IMG/VR virus record: IMGVR_UViG_2602041549_000012
DNA length: 34,341 nt
DNA from: a virus
Taxonomy: Duplodnaviria; Heunggongvirae; Uroviricota; Caudoviricetes
Direction: 5' to 3' (one strand)
Within the stretch, counting starts at the first letter, position 1. Each line of letters starts with the position of its first letter. The translations under genes were made by a program, and so were the position numbers. The notes beneath the pieces were generated by a model, which saw only the letters and a list, made by a program, of their open reading frames with translations, was not told the origin of the DNA and ran no database searches. Shown piece after piece: positions 8,761 through 18,022 of this stretch.

Positions 8761-9198
8761 ATGTGTAAAAATTGCAAAGGAAAAACAAAAAATAAAATCA
8801 TTGTGCTATCTGATAAAGGAACGTCAACGCAATTGTCAGTCATAAATGATAATGAGTTGGAGGTTGAGCATAAGTTAATAGATGGTTGCGCTATTGTTGT
8901 TGGGGAGCGGTGTGATCATTATTTGAAGATTTATAACAATCAGGATGTTTCACATCTTTTTGTTGAACTTAAAGGAAGTGATGTTGAAAAAGCTGTTAAA
9001 CAGATAGTGACAACTTTAAAGTCAGGTGTGATTAATGTAGGTGCTAAAGAAAAAAAACATGGTGCTATTGTTAGCACTAGGAATCCGCTAAACTCAACAG
9101 AAACCAATAAGTTAAAGAAGAAAATTCTTTTGAGTGACGGAGTGAATTTGCATTTCTATAAAATGAAGGCGCAGCAAAAAATAACTTCTTTTACATGA
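8761..9198 (+). CDS. Cargo gene 2: small partner protein (145 aa), possible PD-(D/E)xK-like nuclease
   Basis: Starts 9 nt after the gene 1 stop, with an AGGTGA RBS. Has an N-terminal CxxC and a D...hhhhELK arrangement (GERCDHYL...HLFVELKG). Lys-rich and AT-rich. Confidence 0.65.
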   Translation: MCKNCKGKTKNKIIVLSDKGTSTQLSVINDNELEVEHKLIDGCAIVVGERCDHYLKIYNNQDVSHLFVELKGSDVEKAVKQIVTTLKSGVINVGAKEKKHGAIVSTRNPLNSTETNKLKKKILLSDGVNLHFYKMKAQQKITSFT

Positions 9199-9211
9199 AG
9201 TGTTCTCTTGT

Positions 9212-9236
9212 ACAGGCATGCATTTGCATGCCTGTC
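9212..9236. terminator. Perfect 11-bp-stem hairpin downstream of the cargo operon
   Basis: ACAGGCATGCA-ttt-TGCATGCCTGT, 14 nt after the gene 2 stop. No clean T-run, so it is a weak terminator call. Confidence 0.4.
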
Positions 9237-9301
9237 GTGTAATCTTTTACACTATATTTGTGTTGGTTCTAATCTTGTTATGTGTTTGTTTCGGTGATGG
9301 A

Positions 9302-10321
9302 TCATAATGAATAAGTTCGAAAGCGAAATACATCTTCGCCAACCCAACAGTTAATTTCTTTACATCGCTCTTGGAGGAACGTTAGCTCGTTGCGTACAAA
9401 GACTTGTGCTGCTTTTGTTACATCTCCAAATCCTCCTGTGTTGTTGGGCATCATTCCTATCATTTGGGGAGGCACGCGATGAGCACTCATTAGATCTTCA
9501 GCACTTGCTTTTTTGATATTAAAAAAATCGTCCTTCGTTGCCACTTCACTGAGCGGGATAATTTTAATGCCGTCGGCTTTCCCCTGCGGGGCATAGAGAA
9601 ACAGATTTTTAAAGTTATTGCGGCCTTTCGACTTAACCATGTTTTCGCGAAGCATTTCGATATCGTTGCGATCCTGCACGGCATCGGTGACGTACATGAT
9701 GTATCCGGCATGTGCGCCATTTTCGTAATACTTGCGGCGGAACAGCGTGGCTGATTCATTCAGCCAGGCAGAGTTAAGGGCGCTGAGATACTCCGGCAGG
9801 CCGTACAGCTCCTGATTAATATCCGGCTCCAGCAGGTGAAACACGGAGCCGGGCGCGAAGGCTGTCGGCTCGTTGAAGGACGGCACCCACCAGTAAACAT
9901 CCTCTTCCACACCACGGCGGGTATATTTTGCCGGTGAGGTTTCCAGTCTGATGACCTTACCGGTGGTGCTGTAACGCTTTTCCAGAAATGCATTACCGAA
10001 TACCAGAAAATCCAGCACAAAGCGGCTGAAATCCTGTTGCGAAAGCCACGGATGCGGGATAAATGTCGAGGCCAGAATATTACGTTTGACGTAAATCGGT
10101 GAGCTGTGATGCACGGCAGCACGCAGGCTTTTTGCCAGACCGGTAAAGCTGACCGGTGGCTCATACCATCTGCCGTTACTGATGCACTCGACGTAATCCA
10201 GAATGTCACGCCGGTCGAGTACCGGCACCGGCTCACCAAAGGTGAATGCCTCCATTTTCGGGGCGCTGGCGGTCAATGTTTTCACCGCTGGCTGCGGTGT
10301 TTTCCCTTTTTTCTTGCTCAT
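9302..10321 (-). CDS. Q: Portal protein Q
   Basis: 339 aa, first gene after cos on the minus strand. Start overlaps the P stop (TGATG). Synteny with the P2 Q-P pair. Confidence 0.85.
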   Translation of the reverse strand: MSKKKGKTPQPAVKTLTASAPKMEAFTFGEPVPVLDRRDILDYVECISNGRWYEPPVSFTGLAKSLRAAVHHSSPIYVKRNILASTFIPHPWLSQQDFSRFVLDFLVFGNAFLEKRYSTTGKVIRLETSPAKYTRRGVEEDVYWWVPSFNEPTAFAPGSVFHLLEPDINQELYGLPEYLSALNSAWLNESATLFRRKYYENGAHAGYIMYVTDAVQDRNDIEMLRENMVKSKGRNNFKNLFLYAPQGKADGIKIIPLSEVATKDDFFNIKKASAEDLMSAHRVPPQMIGMMPNNTGGFGDVTKAAQVFVRNELTFLQERCKEINCWVGEDVFRFRTYSL

Positions 10322-12093
10322 CAGTAAAACTCCAGAATGGTGGATGTCAGCGGGGTGCTGATACCGGCGGTGAGTGGCTCATTTAACAGGGCGTGCATGG
10401 TCGCCCAGGCGAGGTCGGCGTGGCTGGCTTCCTCGCTGCGGCTGGCCTCATAGGTGGCGCTGCGTCCGCTGCTGGTCATGGTCTTGCGGATAGCCATAAA
10501 CGAGCTGGTGATGTCGGTGGCGCTGACGTCATATTCCAGACAGCCACGGCGAATAACGTCTTTTGCCTTGAGCACCATTGCGGTTTTCATTTCCGGCGTG
10601 TAGCGGATATCGCGCGCGGCGGGATAGAACGAGCGCACGAGCTGGAACACGCCGACACCGAGGCCGGTGGCATCAATACCGATGTATTCGACGTTGTATT
10701 TTTCGGTGAGTTTGCGGATGGATTCCGCCTGGGTGGCAAAGTCCATGCCTTTCCACTGGTGACGCTCAAGTATTCTGAATTTGCCACCGGCCACCACCGG
10801 CGGTGCCAGTACCACGCATCCGGCGCTGTCGCCACGGTGTGACGGGTCGTAACCAATCCATACCGGGCGGGAGCCGAACGGATTGGCGGCAAACGGCGCA
10901 TAGTCTTCCCATTCTTCCAGCGTGTCGACCATGCAGCGTTGCAGCTCCTCGAACGGGAACACCGACGCCTTGTCGTCAACAAATTCACACATGAACAGGT
11001 TTTTAAAATCGTCGGCGCTGTTTTCACGTTTGAGCTGCTCAATGTCGAACAGCGTGCAGCCGCCTTTCAGGGCGTCCTCAATGGTGACAATCTGCCGCCA
11101 CTGGCCGTCCGCACAGAGAAGACCTCCGGCAAGGGCGTTATGACTGACGTCGATTTCCACGCGTTCGGCGGCGCTGGCGCGTCCCCGGTTGAACAGTTCA
11201 CCCGACCAGAACGGGTAGGCGTCGTGCGCCAGCGTGGACGGGGTGGAGAAATAGGTCGAGCGCAGGTGACTCTGTGAGGCCATACCTGATGCCACCTTAC
11301 GCAGTACCTGAAAATTCGGGATCCAGAAAATCTCGTCGACGTACAGGTCGCCGTTATGGCTCTGTGCGGTGTTGGAGTTGGTGCCGAGAAAAATCAGTTT
11401 TGCGCCGTTATTGCCCAGGACAATCGGGTCACCGGTCAGGTCAACGTCAACCAGCCGGGCAAAGGCGATGATGTATTCGCGGAACACATACGCCTGCGTT
11501 TTACTGGCCGACAGAAAAATCTGGTTATGACCGGTTTTCAGGGCGCGCAGCAGCGCCTCGCGGGAAAAATAAAACGTCGCGCCAATCTGGCGGGATTTCA
11601 GGATATCGCGGATGCGGTGCTCAAGCCCGGCGCGATACCAGTGCAACTGATAGTCGAAAGACTGCTCAAAGAAAATCTGCTCCAGCTTTTCGATGGCCTC
11701 GTCACTGAAAAAATTCTTTTTCGGTTTGCGACGCCCGCCTTTGTTGCGGTTAGCGACGTTTGGATTAAGGTCTGCCTCGTTGCCGGTCTGACTGTAGCGG
11801 TTTACCCGTGCCAGTCGTTCAATCTGGCGTCCCAGCAGGTCAATTTCCTTGAAGTCACCGCCGGTTTTCTGCGGTTTGATGATGAGCTGGGTCAGCCGCG
11901 CTTCCAGACTCATTTCGACACGGCTGATGGGGGCAACGCTGTCCCAGCCGTCGCGCTGTTTCCAGCTCTGCACCGTCGGGCGTTTCATCTGCAACATGGC
12001 GGCAATCTGCGGCACGGAAAATCCCTGCCAGTACAGCAGCGCCGCCTGACGACGCGGGTCGTGTAAAAGAGTGGTGTCTGTGGTGATGGTCAT
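10321..12093 (-). CDS. P: Terminase large subunit (ATPase/nuclease) P
   Basis: 590 aa from the internal ATG (MTITTD...), which is the P2 P length as I recall. Divergent from O. Confidence 0.85.
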   Translation of the reverse strand: MTITTDTTLLHDPRRQAALLYWQGFSVPQIAAMLQMKRPTVQSWKQRDGWDSVAPISRVEMSLEARLTQLIIKPQKTGGDFKEIDLLGRQIERLARVNRYSQTGNEADLNPNVANRNKGGRRKPKKNFFSDEAIEKLEQIFFEQSFDYQLHWYRAGLEHRIRDILKSRQIGATFYFSREALLRALKTGHNQIFLSASKTQAYVFREYIIAFARLVDVDLTGDPIVLGNNGAKLIFLGTNSNTAQSHNGDLYVDEIFWIPNFQVLRKVASGMASQSHLRSTYFSTPSTLAHDAYPFWSGELFNRGRASAAERVEIDVSHNALAGGLLCADGQWRQIVTIEDALKGGCTLFDIEQLKRENSADDFKNLFMCEFVDDKASVFPFEELQRCMVDTLEEWEDYAPFAANPFGSRPVWIGYDPSHRGDSAGCVVLAPPVVAGGKFRILERHQWKGMDFATQAESIRKLTEKYNVEYIGIDATGLGVGVFQLVRSFYPAARDIRYTPEMKTAMVLKAKDVIRRGCLEYDVSATDITSSFMAIRKTMTSSGRSATYEASRSEEASHADLAWATMHALLNEPLTAGISTPLTSTILEFY

Positions 12094-12266
12094 GAATACC
12101 TCGCCGTGATGAATACACGGCAAGGCTACTGAGTCGCGTCCCGCGATTCGCTAAGGTGCTGTTGTGTCAGTGATAAGCCATCCGGGACTGATGGCGGAGG
12201 ATGCGCATCGTCGGGAAACTGATGCCGACATGTGACTCCTCTAATCACTATTCAGGACTCCTGACA

Positions 12267-13121
12267 ATGGCAAAAAAAGTCTCAAAATTCTTTCGTATCG
12301 GCGTTGAGGGTGACACCTGTGACGGGCGTGTCATCAGTGCGCAGGATATTCAGGAAATGGCCGAAACCTTTGACCCGCGTGTCTATGGTTGCCGTATTAA
12401 CCTGGAACATCTGCGCGGCATCCTGCCTGACGGTATTTTTAAGCGTTATGGCGATGTGGCCGAACTGAAGGCCGAAAAGATTGACGATGATTCGGCGCTG
12501 AAAGGCAAATGGGCGCTGTTTGCGAAAATCACCCCGACCGATGACCTTATCGCGATGAACAAGGCCGCGCAGAAGGTCTATACCTCAATGGAAATCCAGC
12601 CGAACTTTGCCAACACCGGCAAATGTTATCTGGTGGGGCTGGCCGTCACCGATGACCCGGCAAGCCTCGGCACGGAATATCTGGAATTCTGCCGCACGGC
12701 AAAACACAACCCCCTGAACCGCTTCAAATTAAGCCCTGAAAACCTGATTTCAGTGGCAACGCCTGTTGAGCTGGAATTTGAAGACCTGCCTGAAACCGTG
12801 TTCACCGCCCTGACCGAAAAGGTGAAATCCATTTTTGGCCGCAAACAGGCCAGCGATGACGCCCGTCTGAATGACGTGCATGAAGCGGTGACAGCTGTTG
12901 CTGAACATGTACAGGAAAAACTGAGCGCCACTGAGCAGCGACTCGCTGAGATGGAAACTGCCTTTTCCGCACTTAAGCAGGAGGTGACTGACAGGGCGGA
13001 TGAAACCAGCCAGGCATTCACCCGCCTGAAAAACAGTCTCGACAACACCGAAAGTCTGACCCAGCAGCGCCGCAGCAAGGCCACCGGCGGTGGCGGTGAC
13101 GCCCTGATGACGAACTGCTGA
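12267..13121 (+). CDS. O: Capsid scaffold protein O
   Basis: 284 aa from MAKKVSKFF. Ala/Glu-rich coiled-coil C-terminus. Upstream of the major capsid gene. Confidence 0.8.
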   Translation: MAKKVSKFFRIGVEGDTCDGRVISAQDIQEMAETFDPRVYGCRINLEHLRGILPDGIFKRYGDVAELKAEKIDDDSALKGKWALFAKITPTDDLIAMNKAAQKVYTSMEIQPNFANTGKCYLVGLAVTDDPASLGTEYLEFCRTAKHNPLNRFKLSPENLISVATPVELEFEDLPETVFTALTEKVKSIFGRKQASDDARLNDVHEAVTAVAEHVQEKLSATEQRLAEMETAFSALKQEVTDRADETSQAFTRLKNSLDNTESLTQQRRSKATGGGGDALMTNC

Positions 13122-13179
13122 CCGGCGTCAGTCAGTCCGGGAAAACCTTCACGATTAACCCTTAATTTCAGGAAAAACT

Positions 13180-14253
13180 ATGCGCCAGGAAACCCGCTTT
13201 AAATTTAATGCCTACCTGTCCCGTGTTGCCGAACTGAACGGCATCGACGCCGGTGATGTGTCGAAAAAATTCACCGTTGAACCGTCGGTCACCCAGACCC
13301 TGATGAACACCATGCAGGAGTCCTCTGACTTTCTGACCCGCATCAACATTGTGCCGGTCAGCGAAATGAAAGGGGAAAAAATTGGTATTGGTGTCACCGG
13401 CTCCATCGCCAGCACCACCGACACCGCCGGTGGCACCGGGCGTCAGCCGAAGGACTTCTCGAAGCTGGCGTCAAACAAGTACGAATGCGACCAGATTAAC
13501 TTCGATTTTTATATCCGCTACAAAACGCTGGACCTGTGGGCGCGTTATCAGGATTTCCAGCTCCGTGTCCGTAACGCCATTATCAAACGCCAGTCCCTTG
13601 ATTTCATCATGGCCGGTTTTAACGGCGTGAAGCGTGCCGAAACCTCTGACCGCAGCAGCAATCCGATGCTGCAGGATGTGGCGGTCGGCTGGCTGCAGAA
13701 ATACCGCAATGAAGCCCCGGCGCGCGTGATGAGCAAGGTCACTGACGAGGAAGGGCACACCACCTCTGAGGTCATCCGCGTGGGTAAGGGCGGTGATTAT
13801 GCCAGCCTTGATGCACTGGTGATGGATGCGACCAACAACCTGATTGAGCCGTGGTATCAGGAAGACCCTGACCTTGTGGTGATTGTGGGACGTCAGCTAC
13901 TGGCGGACAAGTATTTTCCCATCGTCAACAAGGAGCAGGACAACAGCGAAATGCTGGCCGCTGACGTCATCATCAGCCAGAAACGCATCGGCAACCTGCC
14001 AGCGGTACGCGTCCCGTACTTCCCGGCGGATGCGATGCTCATCACGAAGCTGGAAAACCTGTCCATCTACTACATGGATGACAGCCATCGCCGCGTGATT
14101 GTGGAAAACCCGAAACTCGACCGCGTGGAGAACTACGAGTCAATGAACATTGATTACGTGGTGGAAGACTACGCCGCCGGTTGTCTGGTGGAAAAAATTA
14201 AGGTCGGTGATTTCTCCACACCGGCCAGGGCGACCGCAGAGCCGGGAGCGTGA
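13180..14253 (+). CDS. N: Major capsid protein N (357 aa)
   Basis: Size and position in the O-N-M-L head module. Confidence 0.9.
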   Translation: MRQETRFKFNAYLSRVAELNGIDAGDVSKKFTVEPSVTQTLMNTMQESSDFLTRINIVPVSEMKGEKIGIGVTGSIASTTDTAGGTGRQPKDFSKLASNKYECDQINFDFYIRYKTLDLWARYQDFQLRVRNAIIKRQSLDFIMAGFNGVKRAETSDRSSNPMLQDVAVGWLQKYRNEAPARVMSKVTDEEGHTTSEVIRVGKGGDYASLDALVMDATNNLIEPWYQEDPDLVVIVGRQLLADKYFPIVNKEQDNSEMLAADVIISQKRIGNLPAVRVPYFPADAMLITKLENLSIYYMDDSHRRVIVENPKLDRVENYESMNIDYVVEDYAAGCLVEKIKVGDFSTPARATAEPGA

Positions 14254-14256
14254 CCG

Positions 14257-15000
14257 ATGACGAGTCCCGCACAGCGCCACATGATGCGGGTCTCGGCAGC
14301 GATGACCGCGCAGCGGGAAGCCGCCCCGCTGCGACATGCAACTGTCTATGAGCAGATGCTGGTCAAGCTGGCCGCAGACCAGCGCACACTGAAAGCGATT
14401 TATTCAAAAGAGCTGAAGGCCGCGAAAAAACGCGAACTGCTGCCGTTCTGGTTGCCGTGGGTGAACGGCGTGCTGGAGCAGGGCAAAGGTGCACAGGATG
14501 ACATTCTGATGACGGTCATGCTGTGGCGTCTGGATACCGGCGATATTGCCGGTGCGCTGGAGATTGCCCGTTATGCCCTGAAGTACGGTCTGACCATGCC
14601 GGGTAAACACCGCCGCCCCCCGCCGTACATGTTCACCGAGGAGGTGGCGCTCGCGGCCATGCGTGCTCACGCTGCCGGTGAGTCTGTGGATACCCGCCTG
14701 CTGACGGAGACCATTGAACTGACCGCCACGGCTGACATGCCTGATGAAGTGCGCGCAAAGCTGCACAAAATCACCGGTCTGTTTCTGCGTGACGCTGGTG
14801 ATGCCGCCGGTGCGCTGGCTCACCTGCAACGTGCGACACAGCTCGACTGTCAGGCAGGCGTCAAAAAAGAGATTGAACGACTGGAGCGGGAGCTGAAACC
14901 GAAGCCGGAGCCGCAGCCAAAAGCGGCCACCCGTACCCCGCGTAAGACCCGGAGCGTGACACCGGCAAAACGTGGACGCCCGAAAAAGAAAGCCAGTTAA
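14257..15000 (+). CDS. M: Terminase small subunit / endonuclease M (247 aa)
   Basis: Position after N. Basic Lys/Arg-rich C-terminus. Confidence 0.8.
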   Translation: MTSPAQRHMMRVSAAMTAQREAAPLRHATVYEQMLVKLAADQRTLKAIYSKELKAAKKRELLPFWLPWVNGVLEQGKGAQDDILMTVMLWRLDTGDIAGALEIARYALKYGLTMPGKHRRPPPYMFTEEVALAAMRAHAAGESVDTRLLTETIELTATADMPDEVRAKLHKITGLFLRDAGDAAGALAHLQRATQLDCQAGVKKEIERLERELKPKPEPQPKAATRTPRKTRSVTPAKRGRPKKKAS

Positions 15001-15099
15001 CAACCGAATGCGCCCCGCGCCAGGGCGGCACGCCGGTCAGTGAGGGTGAATTACCTGACATTGCACCGGCGTCCACCGCCCGACTTTTCAGAGGTAGTC

Positions 15100-15609
15100 A
15101 TGATGACGCTGATTATTCCGCGAAAGGAGGCTCCCGTGTCCGGTGAGGGTACGGTGGTCATCCCGCAACCGGCAGGCGACGAGCCGGTGATTAAAAACAC
15201 GTTCTTTTTTCCCGATATCGACCCGAAGCGCGTCCGGGAACGTATGCGCCTTGAGCAGACCGTCGCCCCCGCCCGTCTGCGTGAGGCCATCAAGTCAGGC
15301 ATGGCGGAGACGAATGCGGAGCTGTACGAGTACCGCGAACAGAAAATTGCCGCCGGTTTTACGCGTCTGGCGGACGTCCCGGCGGACGACATCGACGGTG
15401 AAAGCATCAAAGTTTTTTACTACGAGCGCGCCGTGTGTGCGATGGCGACCGCGTCGCTTTATGAGCGTTATCGCGGCGTGGATGCCAGTGCGAAAGGTGA
15501 CAAGAAGGCTGACAGCATTGATAGCACCATTGATGAACTGTGGCGGGATATGCGCTGGGCGGTGGCGCGTATCCAGGACAAGCCGCGCTGCATCGTGAGT
15601 CAAATCTGA
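15100..15609 (+). CDS. L: Head completion protein L
   Basis: 169 aa from the internal ATG (MMTLIIPRK). Confidence 0.75.
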   Translation: MMTLIIPRKEAPVSGEGTVVIPQPAGDEPVIKNTFFFPDIDPKRVRERMRLEQTVAPARLREAIKSGMAETNAELYEYREQKIAAGFTRLADVPADDIDGESIKVFYYERAVCAMATASLYERYRGVDASAKGDKKADSIDSTIDELWRDMRWAVARIQDKPRCIVSQI

Positions 15610-15812
15610 TGAAGACCTTTGCGCTACAGGGCGACACGCTCGACGCCATTTGTGTCCGGTATTACGGGCGCACTGAGGGCGTGGTTGAGACCGTGCTCGT
15701 CGCAAATCCGGGACTGGCTGAACTGGGTGCGGTGCTGCCACATGGCACCGCCGTCGAACTGCCCGACGTTCAGACCGCGCCCGTGGCTGAAACTGTCAAT
15801 CTGTGGGAGTAA
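15609..15812 (+). CDS. X: Tail protein X (67 aa, LysM-like)
   Basis: ATG overlaps the L stop (TGATG). 67 aa, MKTFALQGDTLDAICVRYYG... Confidence 0.75.
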   Translation: MKTFALQGDTLDAICVRYYGRTEGVVETVLVANPGLAELGAVLPHGTAVELPDVQTAPVAETVNLWE

Positions 15813-15815
15813 CGC

Positions 15816-16097
15816 ATGACAGCAGAAGAAAAAAGCGTCCTGTCGCTTTTCATGATTGGGGTGCTGATTGTTGTCGGCAAGGTGCTTGCCGGTGGTGAAC
15901 CCATCACCCCGCGTCTGTTTATCGGGCGCATGTTGCTCGGTGGTTTTGTCTCGATGGTTGCCGGTGTTGTTCTGGTGCAGTTTCCTGACCTGTCACTGCC
16001 TGCGGTTTGCGGCATCGGCTCCATGCTGGGTATCGCCGGTTATCAGGTGATTGAGATTGCCATTCAGCGCCGCTTTAAGGGCAGGGGGAAACCGTAA
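15816..16097 (+). CDS. Y: Holin Y (93 aa)
   Basis: Two or three hydrophobic helices (LSLFMIGVLIVVGKVLAGG..., LLGGFVSMVAGVVLV...). Immediately precedes the endolysin. Confidence 0.75.
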   Translation: MTAEEKSVLSLFMIGVLIVVGKVLAGGEPITPRLFIGRMLLGGFVSMVAGVVLVQFPDLSLPAVCGIGSMLGIAGYQVIEIAIQRRFKGRGKP

Positions 16098-16594
16098 TGC
16101 CGGTAATTAACACGCACCAGAATATCGCCGCCTTTCTCGACATGCTGGCCGTGTCCGAAGGGACGGCGAATCATCCGCTGACGAAAAACCGGGGCTATGA
16201 CGTGATAGTCACCGGACTGGACGGGAAGCCGGAAATTTTCACCGACTACAGTGACCACCCGTTCGCGCATGGCCGACCGGCGAAGGTGTTTAACCGTCGC
16301 GGTGAAAAATCCACGGCCTCCGGTCGCTATCAGCAGCTTTACCTGTTCTGGCCGCACTACCGCAAACAGCTTGCCCTGCCTGATTTCAGTCCGTTGTCAC
16401 AGGACAGACTCGCCATTCAGTTGATCCGCGAACGCGGTGCACTGGATGACATCCGGGCGGGACGCATTGAGCGCGCCATTTCACGCTGTCGCAATATCTG
16501 GGCGTCCCTGCCGGGTGCCGGTTACGGTCAGCGTGAGCATTCACTGGAAAAACTGGTCACCGTCTGGCGTACCGCTGGCGGCGTACCGGCTTAA
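16097..16594 (+). CDS. K: Endolysin K (165 aa, lysozyme-like)
   Basis: Size and position. ATGA overlap with Y. Confidence 0.85.
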   Translation: MPVINTHQNIAAFLDMLAVSEGTANHPLTKNRGYDVIVTGLDGKPEIFTDYSDHPFAHGRPAKVFNRRGEKSTASGRYQQLYLFWPHYRKQLALPDFSPLSQDRLAIQLIRERGALDDIRAGRIERAISRCRNIWASLPGAGYGQREHSLEKLVTVWRTAGGVPA

Positions 16595-16608
16595 ACGGAG
16601 TAAACACC

Positions 16609-17034
16609 ATGAAGAAATTATCCCTTTCACTGATGCTGAACGTGTCGCTGGCGCTGATGCTGGCACTGTCCCTGATTTACCCGCAGAGCGTGGCCGTCAG
16701 TTTTGTCGCCGCCTGGGCGATTCTGGCGACGGTTATCTGTGTGGTTGCCGGTGGTGTCGGCGTGTATGCCACTGAGTATGTACTGGAACGCTACGGGCGG
16801 GAGCTGCCGCCGGAATCGCTGGCCGTGAAGATTGTCACGGCGCTGTTTTTGCAGCCGGTGCCGTGGCGCAGGCGGTCAGTGGCTCTGGTAGTGATGGTGG
16901 CGACGTTTATCTCGCTGGTCGCTGCCGGGTGGATTTTTACCGCGCTGATTTATCTCGTGGCATCGGTGTTCTTCCGGCTGATACGTACGGCCTGCTGTCA
17001 GCGTTTTGAGGGGCGGGAACCATGTCAAAGCTGA
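16609..17034 (+). CDS. lysA: Lysis timing protein LysA (141 aa, multi-TM)
   Basis: Highly hydrophobic with four predicted helices. Follows K. Confidence 0.7.
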   Translation: MKKLSLSLMLNVSLALMLALSLIYPQSVAVSFVAAWAILATVICVVAGGVGVYATEYVLERYGRELPPESLAVKIVTALFLQPVPWRRRSVALVVMVATFISLVAAGWIFTALIYLVASVFFRLIRTACCQRFEGREPCQS

Positions 17035-17465
17035 TGATTGTGCTGGTCGTGTTGTTATCACTGGCGGTGCCGGGGCTGTTTCTGGTGAAGCATGAAAATG
17101 CCAGCCTGCGCACCTCACTGGACAGGGCGAACAGCGTCGCCAGCGGGCAGCAGACGACCATCACCATGCTGAAAAATCAGCTTCATGTTGCACTCACCAG
17201 GGCAGACAAAAACGAGCTGGCGCAGGTGGCACTGCGTCAGGAACTGGAGAACGCGGCGAAGCGTGAAGCACAGCGCGAGAAAACCATCACGAGGTTACTG
17301 AATGAAAACGAAGATTTTCGCCGCTGGTATGGTGCTGACCTGCCTGATGCTGTGCGCCGGTTGCACCAGCGCCCCGCCTGCACCGACGCCAGTGATTGTC
17401 GCCAACGTCTGCCCGAAAGTGAGTCTTTGCCCGATGCCGGGCAGCGACCCGGAGACGAACGGTGA
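17022..17465 (+). CDS. lysB: LysB, Rz-like inner-membrane spanin
   Basis: N-terminal TM helix (LMIVLVVLLSLAVPGLFLV) followed by a charged coiled-coil. Confidence 0.7.
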   Translation: MSKLMIVLVVLLSLAVPGLFLVKHENASLRTSLDRANSVASGQQTTITMLKNQLHVALTRADKNELAQVALRQELENAAKREAQREKTITRLLNENEDFRRWYGADLPDAVRRLHQRPACTDASDCRQRLPESESLPDAGQRPGDER

Positions 17466-17592
17466 TTTAAGTGCCGATATCCGGCAGCTTGAGAACGCGC
17501 TGGCACGCTGTGCCAGCCAGGTAAAAATGATTAAACACTGTCAGGACGAAAACGATGCTCAAACCCGACAGCCTGCGCAGGGCGCTGACTGA
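17302..17592 (+). CDS. lysC: LysC, Rz1-like outer-membrane lipoprotein spanin (96 aa), embedded in the +1 frame of lysB
   Basis: Lipobox LCAGC with a Pro-rich region. Overlaps the 3' half of lysB and the start of R. Confidence 0.65.
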   Translation: MKTKIFAAGMVLTCLMLCAGCTSAPPAPTPVIVANVCPKVSLCPMPGSDPETNGDLSADIRQLENALARCASQVKMIKHCQDENDAQTRQPAQGAD

Positions 17593-18022
17593 TGCCGTCA
17601 CGGTGCTGAAAACAAGCCCCGAGATGCTGCGGATATTCGTGGATAACGGGAGTATTGCCTCCACACTGGCGACGTCGCTGTCATTCGAAAAGCGTTACAC
17701 GCTCAATGTCATTGTGACCGACTTTACCGGTGATTTTGACCTGCTCATTGTGCCGGTGCTGGCGTGGCTGCGGGAAAATCAGCCCGACATCATGACCACC
17801 GACGAAGGCCAGAAAAAGGGCTTCACGTTTTATGCGGACATCAACAATGACAGCAGCTTTGATATCAGTATCAGCCTGATGCTGACCGAGCGCACGCTGG
17901 TCAGTGAGGTTGACGGTGCACTGCATGTGAAGAATATCCCGGAACCTCCGCCGCCGGAGCCGGTCACCCGCCCGGTGGAGCTTTATATCAATGGCGAACT
18001 GGTGAGCAAGTGGGATGAATGA
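17555..18022 (+). CDS. R: Tail completion protein R (155 aa)
   Basis: Synteny and length. Confidence 0.8.
   Translation: MLKPDSLRRALTDAVTVLKTSPEMLRIFVDNGSIASTLATSLSFEKRYTLNVIVTDFTGDFDLLIVPVLAWLRENQPDIMTTDEGQKKGFTFYADINNDSSFDISISLMLTERTLVSEVDGALHVKNIPEPPPPEPVTRPVELYINGELVSKWDE

Noticed and set aside
7206-9236. Shared TTTGCATGC motif in the hairpins at 7206-7232 and 9212-9236 as possible terminal inverted repeats of a mobile cassette
   Set aside because: Only about 9-10 nt are shared and the first hairpin lies on the far side of cos from the cargo. This is too weak to call a transposon or cassette boundary, so it is kept only as a note inside the hotspot finding.
10393-12118. Multiple long ORFs antisense to or overlapping the terminase gene P (for example 10393-10842, 10587-11042, 11356-12066)
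   Set aside because: They lie inside a well-supported, GC-rich phage gene, lack RBS context, and are the usual open-frame artefacts of high-GC coding DNA.
14404-15741. Long antisense ORFs across M, L and X (14404-15003, 15051-15410, 15295-15741)
   Set aside because: Overlap syntenic head genes of expected length on the opposite strand. These are GC-rich open-frame artefacts.
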